Positions 38,241 through 48,752 are shown, numbered from the stretch's first letter. The stretch is DNA of 64,000 bases from an uncultured Candidatus Binatia bacterium (GCA_964291295.2 OZ219754.1:1632001-1696000); one strand, 5' to 3'. The notes: generated from the sequence alone by a model not told the origin. Numbers and translations: made by a program.

Positions 38241-39362
38241 ATGAACTGCGTAGATGCCGACGGCCATGTGGAAGAGTGCCTGGACACATTCGACGACAAG
38301 TACCTGGACCCCGGTCACCGCAGCCAGCGGCCCCGGGTGGTGGGTGTGGACGGCATGGCCTACTGGATGATCGACGAGCAGCTCTTCCCCCGCCGGGTGG
38401 GTCGAGGGTGCAACAACCTGGGCACGCCCGTCACCATCAACGGCGAGCCCGCCAGACACTCCGTGGGCAAGGTGGACAGCGTCGCGAGCCAGGAGTTGAC
38501 CAACATCGAGGAGCGGCTGGCGATCATGGACGAGGAGGAGATCGCCGTGCAGGTGGTCTATCCGACGCTCTTTCTCGCCTATCCGCTCACCGACAACGTG
38601 CCCCTGGCCACCGCGTTGTGCGACTCGTACAACCGCTGGCTGGGTGACCGGCTGGGCGGCAACGATCGTATCAAGTGGTCTGCGGTGGTGAATCTCGACG
38701 ACGTGGCCGGCGCCGTGCGTTCCGTGCACGAGGCCGCGAAGCTGGGGGCGGTTTCGGTCATGGTGCTGGGGACCGCGGGAGACCGGCTGCTGGACGACGA
38801 CGAACTGCGGCCCTTCCATGAGGCGGTGGAGGGGGAGAACCTGGCACTGGGGGTTCACGTCGGCTGGTCCTGTCCCTCGGTGAACAACCTCTATTCCCAC
38901 ATCTACCCGTCCGGCGTCATCGCCTTCCACATGCCCGTCCTGATGGCCTGCACATCACTGATCGCCGGCGGCGTCCTCGACCGGCATCCGGACATGCGGG
39001 TGGTGTTCCTCGAGGCCGGGTGCATGTGGGTGCCCTTCATGCTCGACCGGTTGAAGCACCGGTACGAGAACCAGGGAGAGCTGCTGTTGAAGTTCATTCC
39101 CGAATGTGTCCCCCGGCAGGCGCTGCCGGCCATGGACTACGTCCGGAAGGGGAACCTGTTCTTCAGTGCCGAGATCGAGGACTATCTGCTGCCGCAGGTG
39201 ATGGGTGAAGTCGGACAGGGGCAGATCGTCATGGGGACGGACATGCCTCACGGCGACCGGGAACGCTTCGCCGCGCGCCAGCTGCGGGCACGCACCGACA
39301 TCTCCGACGCCGCCAAGGACGCCATCCTGGATGCCAATCCCCGACGGCTCTACGCGCTGTAG
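38241..39362 (+). CDS. Amidohydrolase_2 family protein
   Basis: DADGH, GVHVG, GGVLDRHPDMRVVFLEAG, GTDMPHGD; GGAGGT RBS. Confidence 0.9.
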   Translation: MNCVDADGHVEECLDTFDDKYLDPGHRSQRPRVVGVDGMAYWMIDEQLFPRRVGRGCNNLGTPVTINGEPARHSVGKVDSVASQELTNIEERLAIMDEEEIAVQVVYPTLFLAYPLTDNVPLATALCDSYNRWLGDRLGGNDRIKWSAVVNLDDVAGAVRSVHEAAKLGAVSVMVLGTAGDRLLDDDELRPFHEAVEGENLALGVHVGWSCPSVNNLYSHIYPSGVIAFHMPVLMACTSLIAGGVLDRHPDMRVVFLEAGCMWVPFMLDRLKHRYENQGELLLKFIPECVPRQALPAMDYVRKGNLFFSAEIEDYLLPQVMGEVGQGQIVMGTDMPHGDRERFAARQLRARTDISDAAKDAILDANPRRLYAL

Positions 39363-39595
39363 GGCTGCGGGAGAGGCACCGGGTCGGCCGCAGGAGAGCC
39401 GCCGGGTCATGCGGGCGACTGTCGATCCGTATCATGGGTCGCCGATTTGCCGGCCACGCCGGCATCGAGGTGGTGGCGCTCCCTGTGGCCCTCCGCAAGG
39501 TCGCCATGTCGCGCCGCCGCGGGGTCTCCAGCATGCCCTTGGCCGAGCTTGGTCAGGCCGCCACGGAGTTCGGTCTCTTGACTCCCGCCGCGCCG

Positions 39596-40612
39596 CTACG
39601 CCCACCGCGGCGCCACCTGCCCGGCAAGCAGACTGATGGAGTTGAGCACCTGCTCGTGCGGGATCTGGCCGCCGTAGTTCATGTCCAGGATGAGGCCGGT
39701 CAGGCCCATGCGCTCGCGGAACTCCTCAAGGCGGTCGATCACCGACTCGGGTGAGCCGAAGATCACGCGGGTGCGCAGGAATTCGTCGTAGTTGTTCAGG
39801 AACGCTTCCGCCTTGGCCACGCGGTCGGCGGCGTTCATGGCCTTGGCTTCGGTGATGACCCGGTGAAGGTCGTGAACCACGCTGCTCCTGGGCGTCTCCC
39901 GCGCCAGGGTCTCCGACTCGGCGATGAAGACGGGCACGCGCACGTGGATCTCCGGGGCCTCGGCATGACCCGATGCATGCCATTCCTCGCGATAGATCTG
40001 CAGGCAGTCGTCGTAGTAGTCGCCCATGAACCACAACACCACGTGGAAACCTCGTCTGGCGGTGGCGGCAAAGCCTTCGGGGGTACGCACGGCCATGTAG
40101 ATGGGTGGATGGGGCTGCTGCAGCGGACGCGGCGAAATGCGAATGTCCTGGTACGAGTAGTAGTCGCCCTCGAAGGAGAAGGTGTCCTGGGTGAAGGCGC
40201 GCATGACGATCTCGAACGACTCGGCGAAACGCGCGGTGCTCTCCGCGTAGGGGATGTTGAAGCCCTCGTAGAACTTGGGGATGCTGCTCCGGCCAACGCC
40301 GAAATCGAACCGCCCGTGGCTCATGTGGTCGATGGAGGCCACCTCCTCGGCAATGCGCAGCGGGTTTCCCAAGGGCAGCACCTGCACGGCCGTACCGATG
40401 CGCACGCGCCTGGTCCGCGACGCGATGGCGCCGGCCACCGCCATGGAGGCGGAGAGCACCGATGCCTGGGGTCGGAAGTGGTGCTCGACGATCCAGACCG
40501 AGTCCAGGCCCATGGACTCGGCGGCATCCACTTGGGAGAACAGTTCGTCGAAGGCCAAGGTCTGTCCCTGGCCCTTGCGCACGTGACAATCAACCAGCAA
40601 GCCGAACTTCAT
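39596..40612 (-). CDS. LLM-class (luciferase-like) flavin-dependent oxidoreductase
   Basis: WIVEHHF, IGTAV, PLRIAEEVASIDHMSHGRFDFGVGRS, PRPLQQPHPP. Confidence 0.92.
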   Translation of the reverse strand: MKFGLLVDCHVRKGQGQTLAFDELFSQVDAAESMGLDSVWIVEHHFRPQASVLSASMAVAGAIASRTRRVRIGTAVQVLPLGNPLRIAEEVASIDHMSHGRFDFGVGRSSIPKFYEGFNIPYAESTARFAESFEIVMRAFTQDTFSFEGDYYSYQDIRISPRPLQQPHPPIYMAVRTPEGFAATARRGFHVVLWFMGDYYDDCLQIYREEWHASGHAEAPEIHVRVPVFIAESETLARETPRSSVVHDLHRVITEAKAMNAADRVAKAEAFLNNYDEFLRTRVIFGSPESVIDRLEEFRERMGLTGLILDMNYGGQIPHEQVLNSISLLAGQVAPRWA

Positions 40613-40932
40613 TCACACGCACTCCGTAGCAGGCGCGGGAGCGGCCGCCAGCGGGCAGGCACATTCGCCCGAGCGCAGGGCAGCGGCCTTGGTGGTGGTG
40701 TCGCCAAGGCTGCCCGCGCTTGGTGTTGCCAGCAGTCTGCGCCGCGGAAGAGATCTGTGGTACTGAAGTCCACCAGAGTCCCCACCGGCGCCCAGTCCAT
40801 CCGCGCTCGATCCATTTCCGCCCGGTTCCCTTCCAACAGCGGGGCAGAGCTGCACATTCCCGGCGTTCCGGACAAGAATCCGGACATGTTTCCCCACCCG
40901 CCATCTCCCGGAGCGTCCCGCGGCGCAGATTC

Positions 40933-42009
40933 CTACGCCGCCTGCAGAGCCTTGTAATGGACGTCCTTGGAGACGGGCGCCAGTCCGCTGGCGATGATGG
41001 ACCAGCTGTCCCCGGCATCGTCACTGCCATAGACATCCCCGTTGGTGGTGGCGGCGAAGACCGAGACCGCGCCGCCGGCCGCTTCCAGGCAGAGCGCCTC
41101 GACGCTCGCCTGCAGCCGGTCCGGAAGCCCGTTTCGCAGAATCTCCCAGGTGCGGCCCCCGTCCACGCTGCGCGAGATGCGTGCGTCCGCGGTACGGGTC
41201 GTTTGCCACTGCCCCGGGTTGTATCGGGCGCTGCTGATGAACATCAGGTCGGGCTTCTGCGGGTGCATCACGCAGCCGTCCGGATAGTTGCCGATCTCCG
41301 ACGGGCGGGAGATCCACTCCTCGAAGCTCTCGCCCCCGTCCCGGGAGACGTACAGCCCGCGCCCGGTGACGGCGTACAGCCGCTTGCCGTCCTCCGGATG
41401 AATCACCGTCCTGTGGGCGTCCACGTAGATTCCGTGGAGCTGCCGGAAGGACTCCCCGCGGTCGCTGCTCTTGAACAGGCCACCCACTTCCACGCTGACG
41501 TACAGGGTGTCGGGATCGTGCGGGTCGAAGTTCACGTGCTTGGCATGGGCGATGTGCGGCGGAACCGGGAACGACCAGTCGGCCACGCCGGGCACCGACC
41601 GGAGCGCCGTCAATTCGGTCCAGTGCCCGCCCAGGTCGTCGCTGCAGAACAGGTGTGCCGGCTCGGTGCCGGCATAGACGCGGGTGTGGCCATTGCTCCG
41701 GGAAGAGGCGATGCTGTAGACGTCCCTTTCGGTCAAGCCGTCCTCCCGGGCTTCCCAGGTGGTGCCGCCGTCCGCGCTCACGTGCAACCCGCCATGAAAC
41801 GCGCCGGCAAAGAACAGGCCGCTCTCCGGCTCCTGGTGAATGGCGCTGATGTGCTTGTCCGACAGCATGTGCCGGGCGACGCGCCAGCCGTTGCCGCCGG
41901 AGTCGCGCTCCAGCACGGCAATGCCTCTGCGGGTGCCGACCCAGACTTCGTTGGAGCGGTCAGGAGATGTGTAGATGGTGGTTCCGCCGTGGGACAGTGC
42001 GATGGTCAT
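40933..42009 (-). CDS. BNR/Asp-box beta-propeller protein
   Basis: Repeated SxDGGxTW boxes (SADGGTTW, SDDLGGHW, SRDGGESF, SVDGGRTW, SDDAGDSW); GTEPAHL. Confidence 0.85.
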   Translation of the reverse strand: MTIALSHGGTTIYTSPDRSNEVWVGTRRGIAVLERDSGGNGWRVARHMLSDKHISAIHQEPESGLFFAGAFHGGLHVSADGGTTWEAREDGLTERDVYSIASSRSNGHTRVYAGTEPAHLFCSDDLGGHWTELTALRSVPGVADWSFPVPPHIAHAKHVNFDPHDPDTLYVSVEVGGLFKSSDRGESFRQLHGIYVDAHRTVIHPEDGKRLYAVTGRGLYVSRDGGESFEEWISRPSEIGNYPDGCVMHPQKPDLMFISSARYNPGQWQTTRTADARISRSVDGGRTWEILRNGLPDRLQASVEALCLEAAGGAVSVFAATTNGDVYGSDDAGDSWSIIASGLAPVSKDVHYKALQAA

Positions 42010-42055
42010 GGCGATGCCTCCTTGAAGGGTTCGACTCCGGCTCCGGGTGCGTGGA

Positions 42056-42104
42056 GGAACCTCTTCGACGGTCTGACTTCGATGGAACCTCTTCGAGGGT
42101 CTGA
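42056..42104. repeat. 21-bp direct repeat x2 (GGAACCTCTTCGA(C/G)GGTCTGA), period 28
   Basis: Copies at 42056-42076 and 42084-42104 with one mismatch, upstream of the BNR gene. Confidence 0.75.
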
Positions 42105-42404
42105 GCCGGTTTCGAAAGCCGTTTTCGAAAGAACGGCGGGACAGTCCTTGCACGCAAGGCGGTACACCTTCGCCCGGGTGGTGTCAAGGCTTGGCCGGCA
42201 GGGCCGCGTGAAGAAGGGCTCCTGCGCTTCCGAGCGGGGACACCGAGGTACAGGACGGAACTGGCACGGCGGCGGGTCCCGTACGGGGTTTTCGGCGAGG
42301 GGAGCGAAAGGGCGCCGCGCGGTCCCACCGGGCAGGTGGAACAGGGTATCTGCCAGCAGTACAGCCTGGACTTGGCCCGGGGCCATGGTCAGGGCGCGTC
42401 AGTG

Positions 42405-42662
42405 CGCAATCCGGCGCTACCGGCGGGCCGGCCCTGCCTGCAGCCGCGAGTCCTCGGACCCGGGGCCACGTCTCGCAGTGAGTCGTCGATGAAGACGCTG
42501 ACACTCGTGCCGGCGGAAGCGATGGTGTTGATACGCAATCCGGTGCCGGCGGCGGGCCGGCCCGCGCCCGCAGCCGCGGGTCCTCGGACCCGGGGCCACA
42601 TCTCGCAGTGAGTCGTGGATGAAGGGGCTGACACTCGTGCCGGCGGAAGCGATGGCGCTGAT
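42405..42662 (+). repeat. Diverged 129-bp tandem duplication including the start of the DMT gene
   Basis: 42405-42533 versus 42534-42662; first copy encodes MKTLTLVPAEAMVL, second MKGLTLVPAEAMAL. Confidence 0.88.
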
Positions 42663-43500
42663 GGCGGCCTTCGCGTATGCGTCGGTCTCGGTCTCCTCGC
42701 GGCGGGGGCTGCGCTATTCCACGCCGCTCACCGCCACTTGCGTGGCCATGGGTGTACGGATGACCCTGCTCTGGCTGGCGGTCCTGGGTACGGGCGGCGT
42801 ACCCGCGGTGGCCTGGCCGGCGCTGCTGCTGTTCCTGTGCCTGGGCGTGATGCAGGCGGCCACGAGTTTTCTCACCTTCACCGGCGTTGCCAGGATCGGC
42901 GCCTCCCGCAGCCAGCCGCTGCGCACCACCTATCCGCTGTGGAGTGCGGCGTGGTCGGTGGCGCTCCTGGGCGAAAGCCTGACGCGCGCCGTCGCCACCG
43001 GGACGGTGCTGGTGGTGACCGGCACGCTTCTCATTTCCTGGAGTCCGGACCGCACTTCCAGGAGTTACCGCTGGTGGCATGTCCTTTTCCCGCTGGGCGC
43101 GGCGTTCCTCGCCGGCATCGCGTTCCCGGTGCGGCGCTACGCCCTCGATATCTCGAATCAGCCGCTCTTCTTTGCCGCGGTGCTGGCCACGGTGGCGGCG
43201 TTGTGCCTGGCGGTTTCGATGGCGGCGGGCCGTACCCGGGATCGGATCGATTGGGACCGGCGCGCGCTGCCGGCGTTCGTGGCGGCGGGGGCCTTCGAGA
43301 CCGCGGCATCGCTGCTGTCGCTGGTGGCCGTGAGCATGGGCCGGGTGGTGGAAGTGGCGCCGCTGGTGGCCACCTCCCCCTTGTGGACCCTGGTGCTCAC
43401 GGTGCTGGTGCTGCGCGGCGTGGAACGGATCAGCGCGAAGTCGGTGGCGGGCACTCTGGCCGTGGTGGCCGGGACCCTTGTCATCATCACTGGCCGTTAG
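42619..43500 (+). CDS. DMT/EamA family transporter
   Basis: About ten hydrophobic segments in two repeats; GASRSQPL..LLGE and VAPL..LRGVE. Confidence 0.85.
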   Translation: MKGLTLVPAEAMALMAAFAYASVSVSSRRGLRYSTPLTATCVAMGVRMTLLWLAVLGTGGVPAVAWPALLLFLCLGVMQAATSFLTFTGVARIGASRSQPLRTTYPLWSAAWSVALLGESLTRAVATGTVLVVTGTLLISWSPDRTSRSYRWWHVLFPLGAAFLAGIAFPVRRYALDISNQPLFFAAVLATVAALCLAVSMAAGRTRDRIDWDRRALPAFVAAGAFETAASLLSLVAVSMGRVVEVAPLVATSPLWTLVLTVLVLRGVERISAKSVAGTLAVVAGTLVIITGR

Positions 43501-43599
43501 GGAAGGCCTGAACAACTCCGAATTCGCTGTGGCTGAATCAATACAATCAACAGGTTGCAAGTGGTTGAATGTCGCGCCATCGTGTTGTTCAGACCTTCC
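43501..43599. mobile_element. 99-bp MITE with IS5-type terminal inverted repeats
   Basis: GGAAGGCCTGAACAAC ... GTTGTTCAGACCTTCC (15/16 match); flanks TTAG / TTGG; AT-rich interior, no ORF. Confidence 0.8.
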
Positions 43600-43739
43600 T
43601 TGGCCGCGGTTTCTTCGCCATCCGCCCCGAAAGGACCGCGTTCCTGTCGGCCATGCTTCGGCCGCGCTTCAGTCACGCCTCAGCTACCGAGCTTCCCGGC
43701 GGCACCCCGGGCCTGCGGCATTCCGCTCCGGCCACGTGG

Positions 43740-45842
43740 TTACACCAGTTCGAAGTCGATCTCGCCCTGGAACAGCTTTACGCGCGCGACCCGGACCTTG
43801 ACCGCGTCGCCCATGCGGAAGGTGCGGCCGTGGTTCTGCCCCTTGATGAGATGGGCCATGTCGTAATAGCGGTAGAAATCGTCCTCCAGCGACTTGAGGC
43901 TGACCATCCCCTCCACGAACCAGCGGTCCAGTTCCACGAAAAAGCCGAACGCGGCGAGGTCGGTAATGACGCCGGTGTGGATCTCGCCGGTCTTGTCGAT
44001 CATGAACTGGGCCTTCTTGAGGTCCATCATCTCCCGCTCCGCTTCCATGGCCAGGCGTTCGCGCCGGGAGCTGTGGTCGGCGTCCTCCGGGAGGCTGGCG
44101 GCGAGCTCCTCGCGTGCCTTCGGCGCAAGCCTTGTGCCGCTCATGGCCTGATCGAGGATGCGGTGGACCATGAGGTCGGGGTAGCGGCGTATCGGCGAGG
44201 TGAAGTGCAGGTAGGCTTCCGAGGCGAGTCCGAAATGGCCCGTGTTCTCCGGGTGGTAGACGGCCTGTTTCATGGAGCGCAGCAGCATCCGGTTCAGCAC
44301 GCGCGCTTCCGGCTTGCCGCGGCACGCTTCCAGGACACGCTGGAGCTCCCTTGAGGAGATCTTCCCGGCGCCGCGGTGCAGCCGGTATCCCAGTGTGGAC
44401 AGGAACGGGCCGATGGCGTCGAGGGTATCCTCGTCGGGTCCTTCGTGCACGCGATAGACGCAGGGGAACTTCCGTTCCCGGAGGTAGCCGGCCACGGCCT
44501 CGTTGGCGGCGATCATGAACTCTTCGATCATCCGGTGGGCGAGGGTGCGCTCCGCGCGCCGGATGTCGGTGGGCATGCCGTGGTCGTCCAGCAGGATCTC
44601 CGTTTCCGGCAGTTCGAAGTCGAGGCTTCCCCGCGCCCGCCGCCGCTCCATGAAGAGGTGCGTGAGCTCCTCCATCGCCTGAAGCGGCTCGACCGCCGCC
44701 CTGCAACGGGCCATGACGGACGGGTCTCCGTTCACGAGGATTCGCCCGACCTCGGTGTAAGTGAGCCGGGCGTGGCTGCGGATGATCGACCGGAACAGTT
44801 CCTTCCGCTCCACCTCTCCCTTGCGGTTGATTTCCAGCAGCACGGTCCGGGCGAGCCGGTCCACGCCCGCCTTGAGGCTGCAGATGCCGCTGGACAGGGT
44901 TGGCGGCAGCATGGGCAGGGCCCGGTCCGGGAAGTACACGCTGGTGCCGCGGGCATGGGCCTCGCTGTCCAGGGCGGAGCCGCGAGGCACGTAGTGGGCC
45001 ACGTCGGCGATGGATACGTAGAGCCGCCAGCCCTTCGCCGCGGTCTTCTCGATGCTGATGGCGTCGTCGAAATCGCGCGCGGTTTCGCCGTCCACGGTGA
45101 AGGTCGTGAGGCCCCGCAGGTCCCGGCGCCCGTCCGCGTTCACCGCACCGACATGGTCCGCCTGCCGCCGCGCCTCCTCCGAGAACTCCTCGGGCCAGCC
45201 GTAGCGGAGGATCACCGCCCGGGCCTGGACCTCGGGGTCGTCCGGAGACCCCAGCAACTGGTGGACGCGCGCTTCGGCCGGCGTGTAGCCGCCGCCGTAA
45301 CGGATCATCTCCACCGCCGCCACCTGGCCGGGCGGCAGCGGTCCGTCCGCCGCCAGCGGGATCGCGGCGGCGATGCGCGGGTCCATGGGCACCACCACGG
45401 GGTGCTCCCCGTCGGTCCGTACCACGCCCACGATGCGGCGGTGTCCCCGTTCCAGCACTTCCACCACGTGGCCCTGGCTGCCGCCGCGCCGGTTCTGCTC
45501 CGGGCGCGCCCGCACCCGGTCGCCGTGCATCACCTGCCGCATCTCCCGGCGGCTGAGGTAGAGATCCTCCATTCCCTTCTGGTCCGGTATCACGAAGCCG
45601 AACCCGTTCGGATGTCGCTGCACGACGCCGTCCACGAAGCTGGCGGCCTTGGCGAGGGTGTAATGGTTCTTGTGGAGACCGATCACCTTGCGTTCGTGGA
45701 TCAACTCCTTGAGCGCATCGGTCAGCGTTTCCCGGACCGCTTTGCCGAACCCCTTTCGCAGCTCACGCAGGCTGAAGCGGTGGCCGGGCCTGGACCGCAT
45801 CAACGAAAGGATGCGGGGTTTGAGGGTGGCGAGGTCGTTCAT
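43740..45842 (-). CDS. rnr: Ribonuclease R
   Basis: HPNGFGF cold-shock domain, DGETARDFDDA, IADVAHYV, HFTSPIRRYPDL, C-terminal S1. Confidence 0.95.
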   Translation of the reverse strand: MNDLATLKPRILSLMRSRPGHRFSLRELRKGFGKAVRETLTDALKELIHERKVIGLHKNHYTLAKAASFVDGVVQRHPNGFGFVIPDQKGMEDLYLSRREMRQVMHGDRVRARPEQNRRGGSQGHVVEVLERGHRRIVGVVRTDGEHPVVVPMDPRIAAAIPLAADGPLPPGQVAAVEMIRYGGGYTPAEARVHQLLGSPDDPEVQARAVILRYGWPEEFSEEARRQADHVGAVNADGRRDLRGLTTFTVDGETARDFDDAISIEKTAAKGWRLYVSIADVAHYVPRGSALDSEAHARGTSVYFPDRALPMLPPTLSSGICSLKAGVDRLARTVLLEINRKGEVERKELFRSIIRSHARLTYTEVGRILVNGDPSVMARCRAAVEPLQAMEELTHLFMERRRARGSLDFELPETEILLDDHGMPTDIRRAERTLAHRMIEEFMIAANEAVAGYLRERKFPCVYRVHEGPDEDTLDAIGPFLSTLGYRLHRGAGKISSRELQRVLEACRGKPEARVLNRMLLRSMKQAVYHPENTGHFGLASEAYLHFTSPIRRYPDLMVHRILDQAMSGTRLAPKAREELAASLPEDADHSSRRERLAMEAEREMMDLKKAQFMIDKTGEIHTGVITDLAAFGFFVELDRWFVEGMVSLKSLEDDFYRYYDMAHLIKGQNHGRTFRMGDAVKVRVARVKLFQGEIDFELV

Positions 45843-46112
45843 GGGGAGGGCGTGCGGTCGCCGGGATGCGGATGGGCCTTGATGTCCGCTTCGCCGGTCG
45901 GGGCGCTCCGCGCATCACGGGCGGGTCGAAGGGAATCCGCCAGCGGCACGCTCATGGCATTTTCCGGCGCCACGGCTCGCGCGTTGCCGCACCGCCGACG
46001 AGAACCCGCGATGGACCGGACGTGCCGGCCGCACCCCGGCGGTGCCTGTCCATGGCAAGGGGCGAGAACGTTCTCACGGATGCGATTCAGGAGACAATCC
46101 GAAGCGGCGGGC

Positions 46113-48752
46113 TCAACGAAGCAACTCGCGAAAGCCTCGTCGCAGTCTATCCCAGATATAGGTTCCGTCTCCGTCATCGGAACTCGAAGGCCGCTCTTGA
46201 GCGAGCCTGTCGTACATGTAGCGGGTGAGTTGCTCGACGTCGGGCTTGAAGGAGACATCGGGAATGTTCCCGGCCAGCCGGAACGGCAGGCTGATGCCGT
46301 CCGAATCGAACAGATAGCGGACATTTCGGTACCGTCCGCTCAGATCGCGGGAGAATGCCGGCGACAGGATCAGTGTCGCTCGGAGGTCCACGCCGCCGTC
46401 AAGGCTGGCCCAGCCCCTGCCGACGATGCTGTACTCGTCGGAGATCAACAGAAGATCATCGCTCCGGACGCGCCCGTTTCGGAGGGTGAACGCCCCCTCG
46501 ATGAGATTGAAGGAGGTGCGGTCGCCACGCACCAGCGACAGGTATGCGGGTGCGGCGGTGTCGATCTTGTCGATCCCCTCCACCGCGTCCATGGCGGCCA
46601 GCACGCCGCGCACGGGATTGAACTTGTGCAGGACGCCCTTGTCCAGAAGGACACTGCCGCTTCCACTCAGGTTCCGGACCAGCGTGGACCAGTCCGTGCC
46701 GCCGCCCCGAAAGCGTCCGGAGAGGTTCAAGTGGCCATGGATGGAGTCCGCGGCGCCGTCCTCGAGAAGCGGCAGCAGGCGACGCAGGTCCAGGCGCTCC
46801 GCCGTGGGGCTCAACTCCAGGTCGAAGCCCTGGCCGTTCCGGCGGGTCAGTGTTCCGTGACCCCGGACCGTGCCTCCCAGCGCCTCGATCGCCACCCGGT
46901 CGGCCTTGAGTTTGCCGCCGGTCCAGTTCACGCGCCCCTGCAGGTTGCGGTATGCCACGCCCCTGAGCCGCCCGTTGCTGGACGAGAGGAACCCTTGGAT
47001 CGACAGAACCCCCTCCGTGGTGAAGCCGGCCGATCCTTCGCTCGCGACATTGCTGAAGGAGTCCGCCCGGTAGCGGGCGTCTCCGGTGATGTCCGCCACG
47101 TTGAGCAGGTCGGACTGAACGCTGTAGTGCAGCGTGGGCCGGCTCAGGTTCGCCAGCAGCCCCCGGACGCGGATGTCCGACAGCCCCGACCGCAACTGAA
47201 GCCTTCGGACCACGACATCGGCGCCGCGGAACTCCAGCTCCGCCTGGAGCCCCTGGATCGTCCGGCGTTTGCCGGGAGGGCCGATGACCTGGACGTTGGC
47301 GAGTTGAAGGCTGCCCAACAACGTAGGCGGCTCGTTTCGCGGCGCCGACTTGTGCCGCAGCGTCAGCCCGCCTCTGAGGGTGCCCTCCAGCCGGTAGCCG
47401 GCCGCCGCCGGCACCAGCGCCTCCCATCCCGCCAAGGCCACATCGTCGGCCTTGATGCGCAGTCGCACCACCGGCTCCGGATGGCGGTCGACGGAACCGG
47501 AGAATACCACCCTGCCGTTGTGGAGCCGGGACTCGGACTCGTAGATGACCACCCGGTGGTGGCGCACTCTTGTCTTCATGGCCAGACGGGCTGCTGTCCC
47601 CGGCCCCTTGTCGAGCCATTTGCCGTACTGGATCGTATTGGCATCCGCGGTGACGGACGTATCGATTCGGAGGTCATCGAAGCTTCCTTCGAGCCGGTTG
47701 GACAGGGCCACGGTCTGATGAACCGCCAGGCCCGCCGGCACCACCCGGTCCACCCACGGAATCTGCCGCAACTGGCCGAGAGTGACTGGTCCGAGTTGCA
47801 GGTCGGCCTTGATGCGCCCCTGGTCCCATGTGGCGGTCCGGGAGAAGTCGAGTTCGCCGGTGAGGCGGGCGTTGTTGGCATCGGCGCCGAACAGGGCCGC
47901 GCTGACGTTCAGTTGCGACACCCGGGGGCGTTCGAGGGTGCCGGAGATGCGTGCACTCACCGCCGGACGGACAGACGGGCGGAAGTAGGAAGGAAGGTGG
48001 TTCTCCATCAGCTTCCAGCCATGCGCGACCAGGATCTCGGGCACCGAGGCGGACCGGAGTTCCAGGTCCACGGCGTTGGCCGTCCACTCCGACAGCGGCC
48101 GTGACGTTTCCACGGTGCCGGTCAGCGAGAACGGGCGCTGGCCGTCCGGAGTCAGCGCGCCCGAGAAACCCACCTGAAGACCCGGCCCCCGCGACCATTG
48201 GAGCGCCACCGCGAGGTCATGCAGCCGGAGATCCTCGGGGTTGTCCCCGGAGCGGTCGATGAAATGAAGCTTCCCGCCGCTGGCGCCTACGGTCAGCCCG
48301 GTCCGATGCGCCGCGCGCAAGCCCGCATCAAGGGGATGCGAGGGCGTGAGGAAATTGATGTCACCGTATTCGTTGCGGATGATCTGTATCTCGGGCCGGT
48401 GAAGGACGATGCGGGACACCGTCGGCTTGCCCGTGATCAGGGACCACCACCCGAGTGAGATCATAAGCTGGTCCGCGTGGACCAGCGGCGTCGCCGCAAA
48501 CCGCGGATCGTCGGCCACGCGCAGGTTGGTCACCGTGATGCCGAGGCCCCCCGGGTTTCCGAGAAGACTCAGACTGATGGAATCGAAAGCCACGGTGCGC
48601 CCGATGGCGTTTTCGATCTTCCCGCGAATGGTCTCCTTGCGGCTTTCCAGCAGCGCTTCCAGCCCTGCTGACGCCGCCGCCGCCAGCACTGCGGCGAGGG
48701 ACAGGACAACCAGCAGTCTGGACGCTTTGAATCTGGACGTTTTGCTTCTCAT
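46113..48752 (-). CDS. AsmA family protein
   Basis: N-terminal anchor, IENAIGRTV, beta-rich body, C-terminal NLSGSG..FTLRNGRV..LPFRLAG. Confidence 0.8.
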   Translation of the reverse strand: MRSKTSRFKASRLLVVLSLAAVLAAAASAGLEALLESRKETIRGKIENAIGRTVAFDSISLSLLGNPGGLGITVTNLRVADDPRFAATPLVHADQLMISLGWWSLITGKPTVSRIVLHRPEIQIIRNEYGDINFLTPSHPLDAGLRAAHRTGLTVGASGGKLHFIDRSGDNPEDLRLHDLAVALQWSRGPGLQVGFSGALTPDGQRPFSLTGTVETSRPLSEWTANAVDLELRSASVPEILVAHGWKLMENHLPSYFRPSVRPAVSARISGTLERPRVSQLNVSAALFGADANNARLTGELDFSRTATWDQGRIKADLQLGPVTLGQLRQIPWVDRVVPAGLAVHQTVALSNRLEGSFDDLRIDTSVTADANTIQYGKWLDKGPGTAARLAMKTRVRHHRVVIYESESRLHNGRVVFSGSVDRHPEPVVRLRIKADDVALAGWEALVPAAAGYRLEGTLRGGLTLRHKSAPRNEPPTLLGSLQLANVQVIGPPGKRRTIQGLQAELEFRGADVVVRRLQLRSGLSDIRVRGLLANLSRPTLHYSVQSDLLNVADITGDARYRADSFSNVASEGSAGFTTEGVLSIQGFLSSSNGRLRGVAYRNLQGRVNWTGGKLKADRVAIEALGGTVRGHGTLTRRNGQGFDLELSPTAERLDLRRLLPLLEDGAADSIHGHLNLSGRFRGGGTDWSTLVRNLSGSGSVLLDKGVLHKFNPVRGVLAAMDAVEGIDKIDTAAPAYLSLVRGDRTSFNLIEGAFTLRNGRVRSDDLLLISDEYSIVGRGWASLDGGVDLRATLILSPAFSRDLSGRYRNVRYLFDSDGISLPFRLAGNIPDVSFKPDVEQLTRYMYDRLAQERPSSSDDGDGTYIWDRLRRGFRELLR

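Noticed and set aside
38061-38930. N-terminal extension of the 742-aa MmgE/PrpD ORF as a fusion domain
   Set aside because: Overlaps the opposite-strand amidohydrolase; family similarity begins near Met at 38060. ORF-track extensions on hsdR, UbiD, FAH and PaaG were trimmed because family similarity also starts downstream.
44376-48104. 1242-aa plus-strand ORF (likewise 2992-5799, 19333-21117, 50436-52895, 60222-61892)
   Set aside because: Antisense shadows of well-supported genes (rnr/asmA, mfd, SBP, hsdR, paa); expected at high GC and they carry no motifs.
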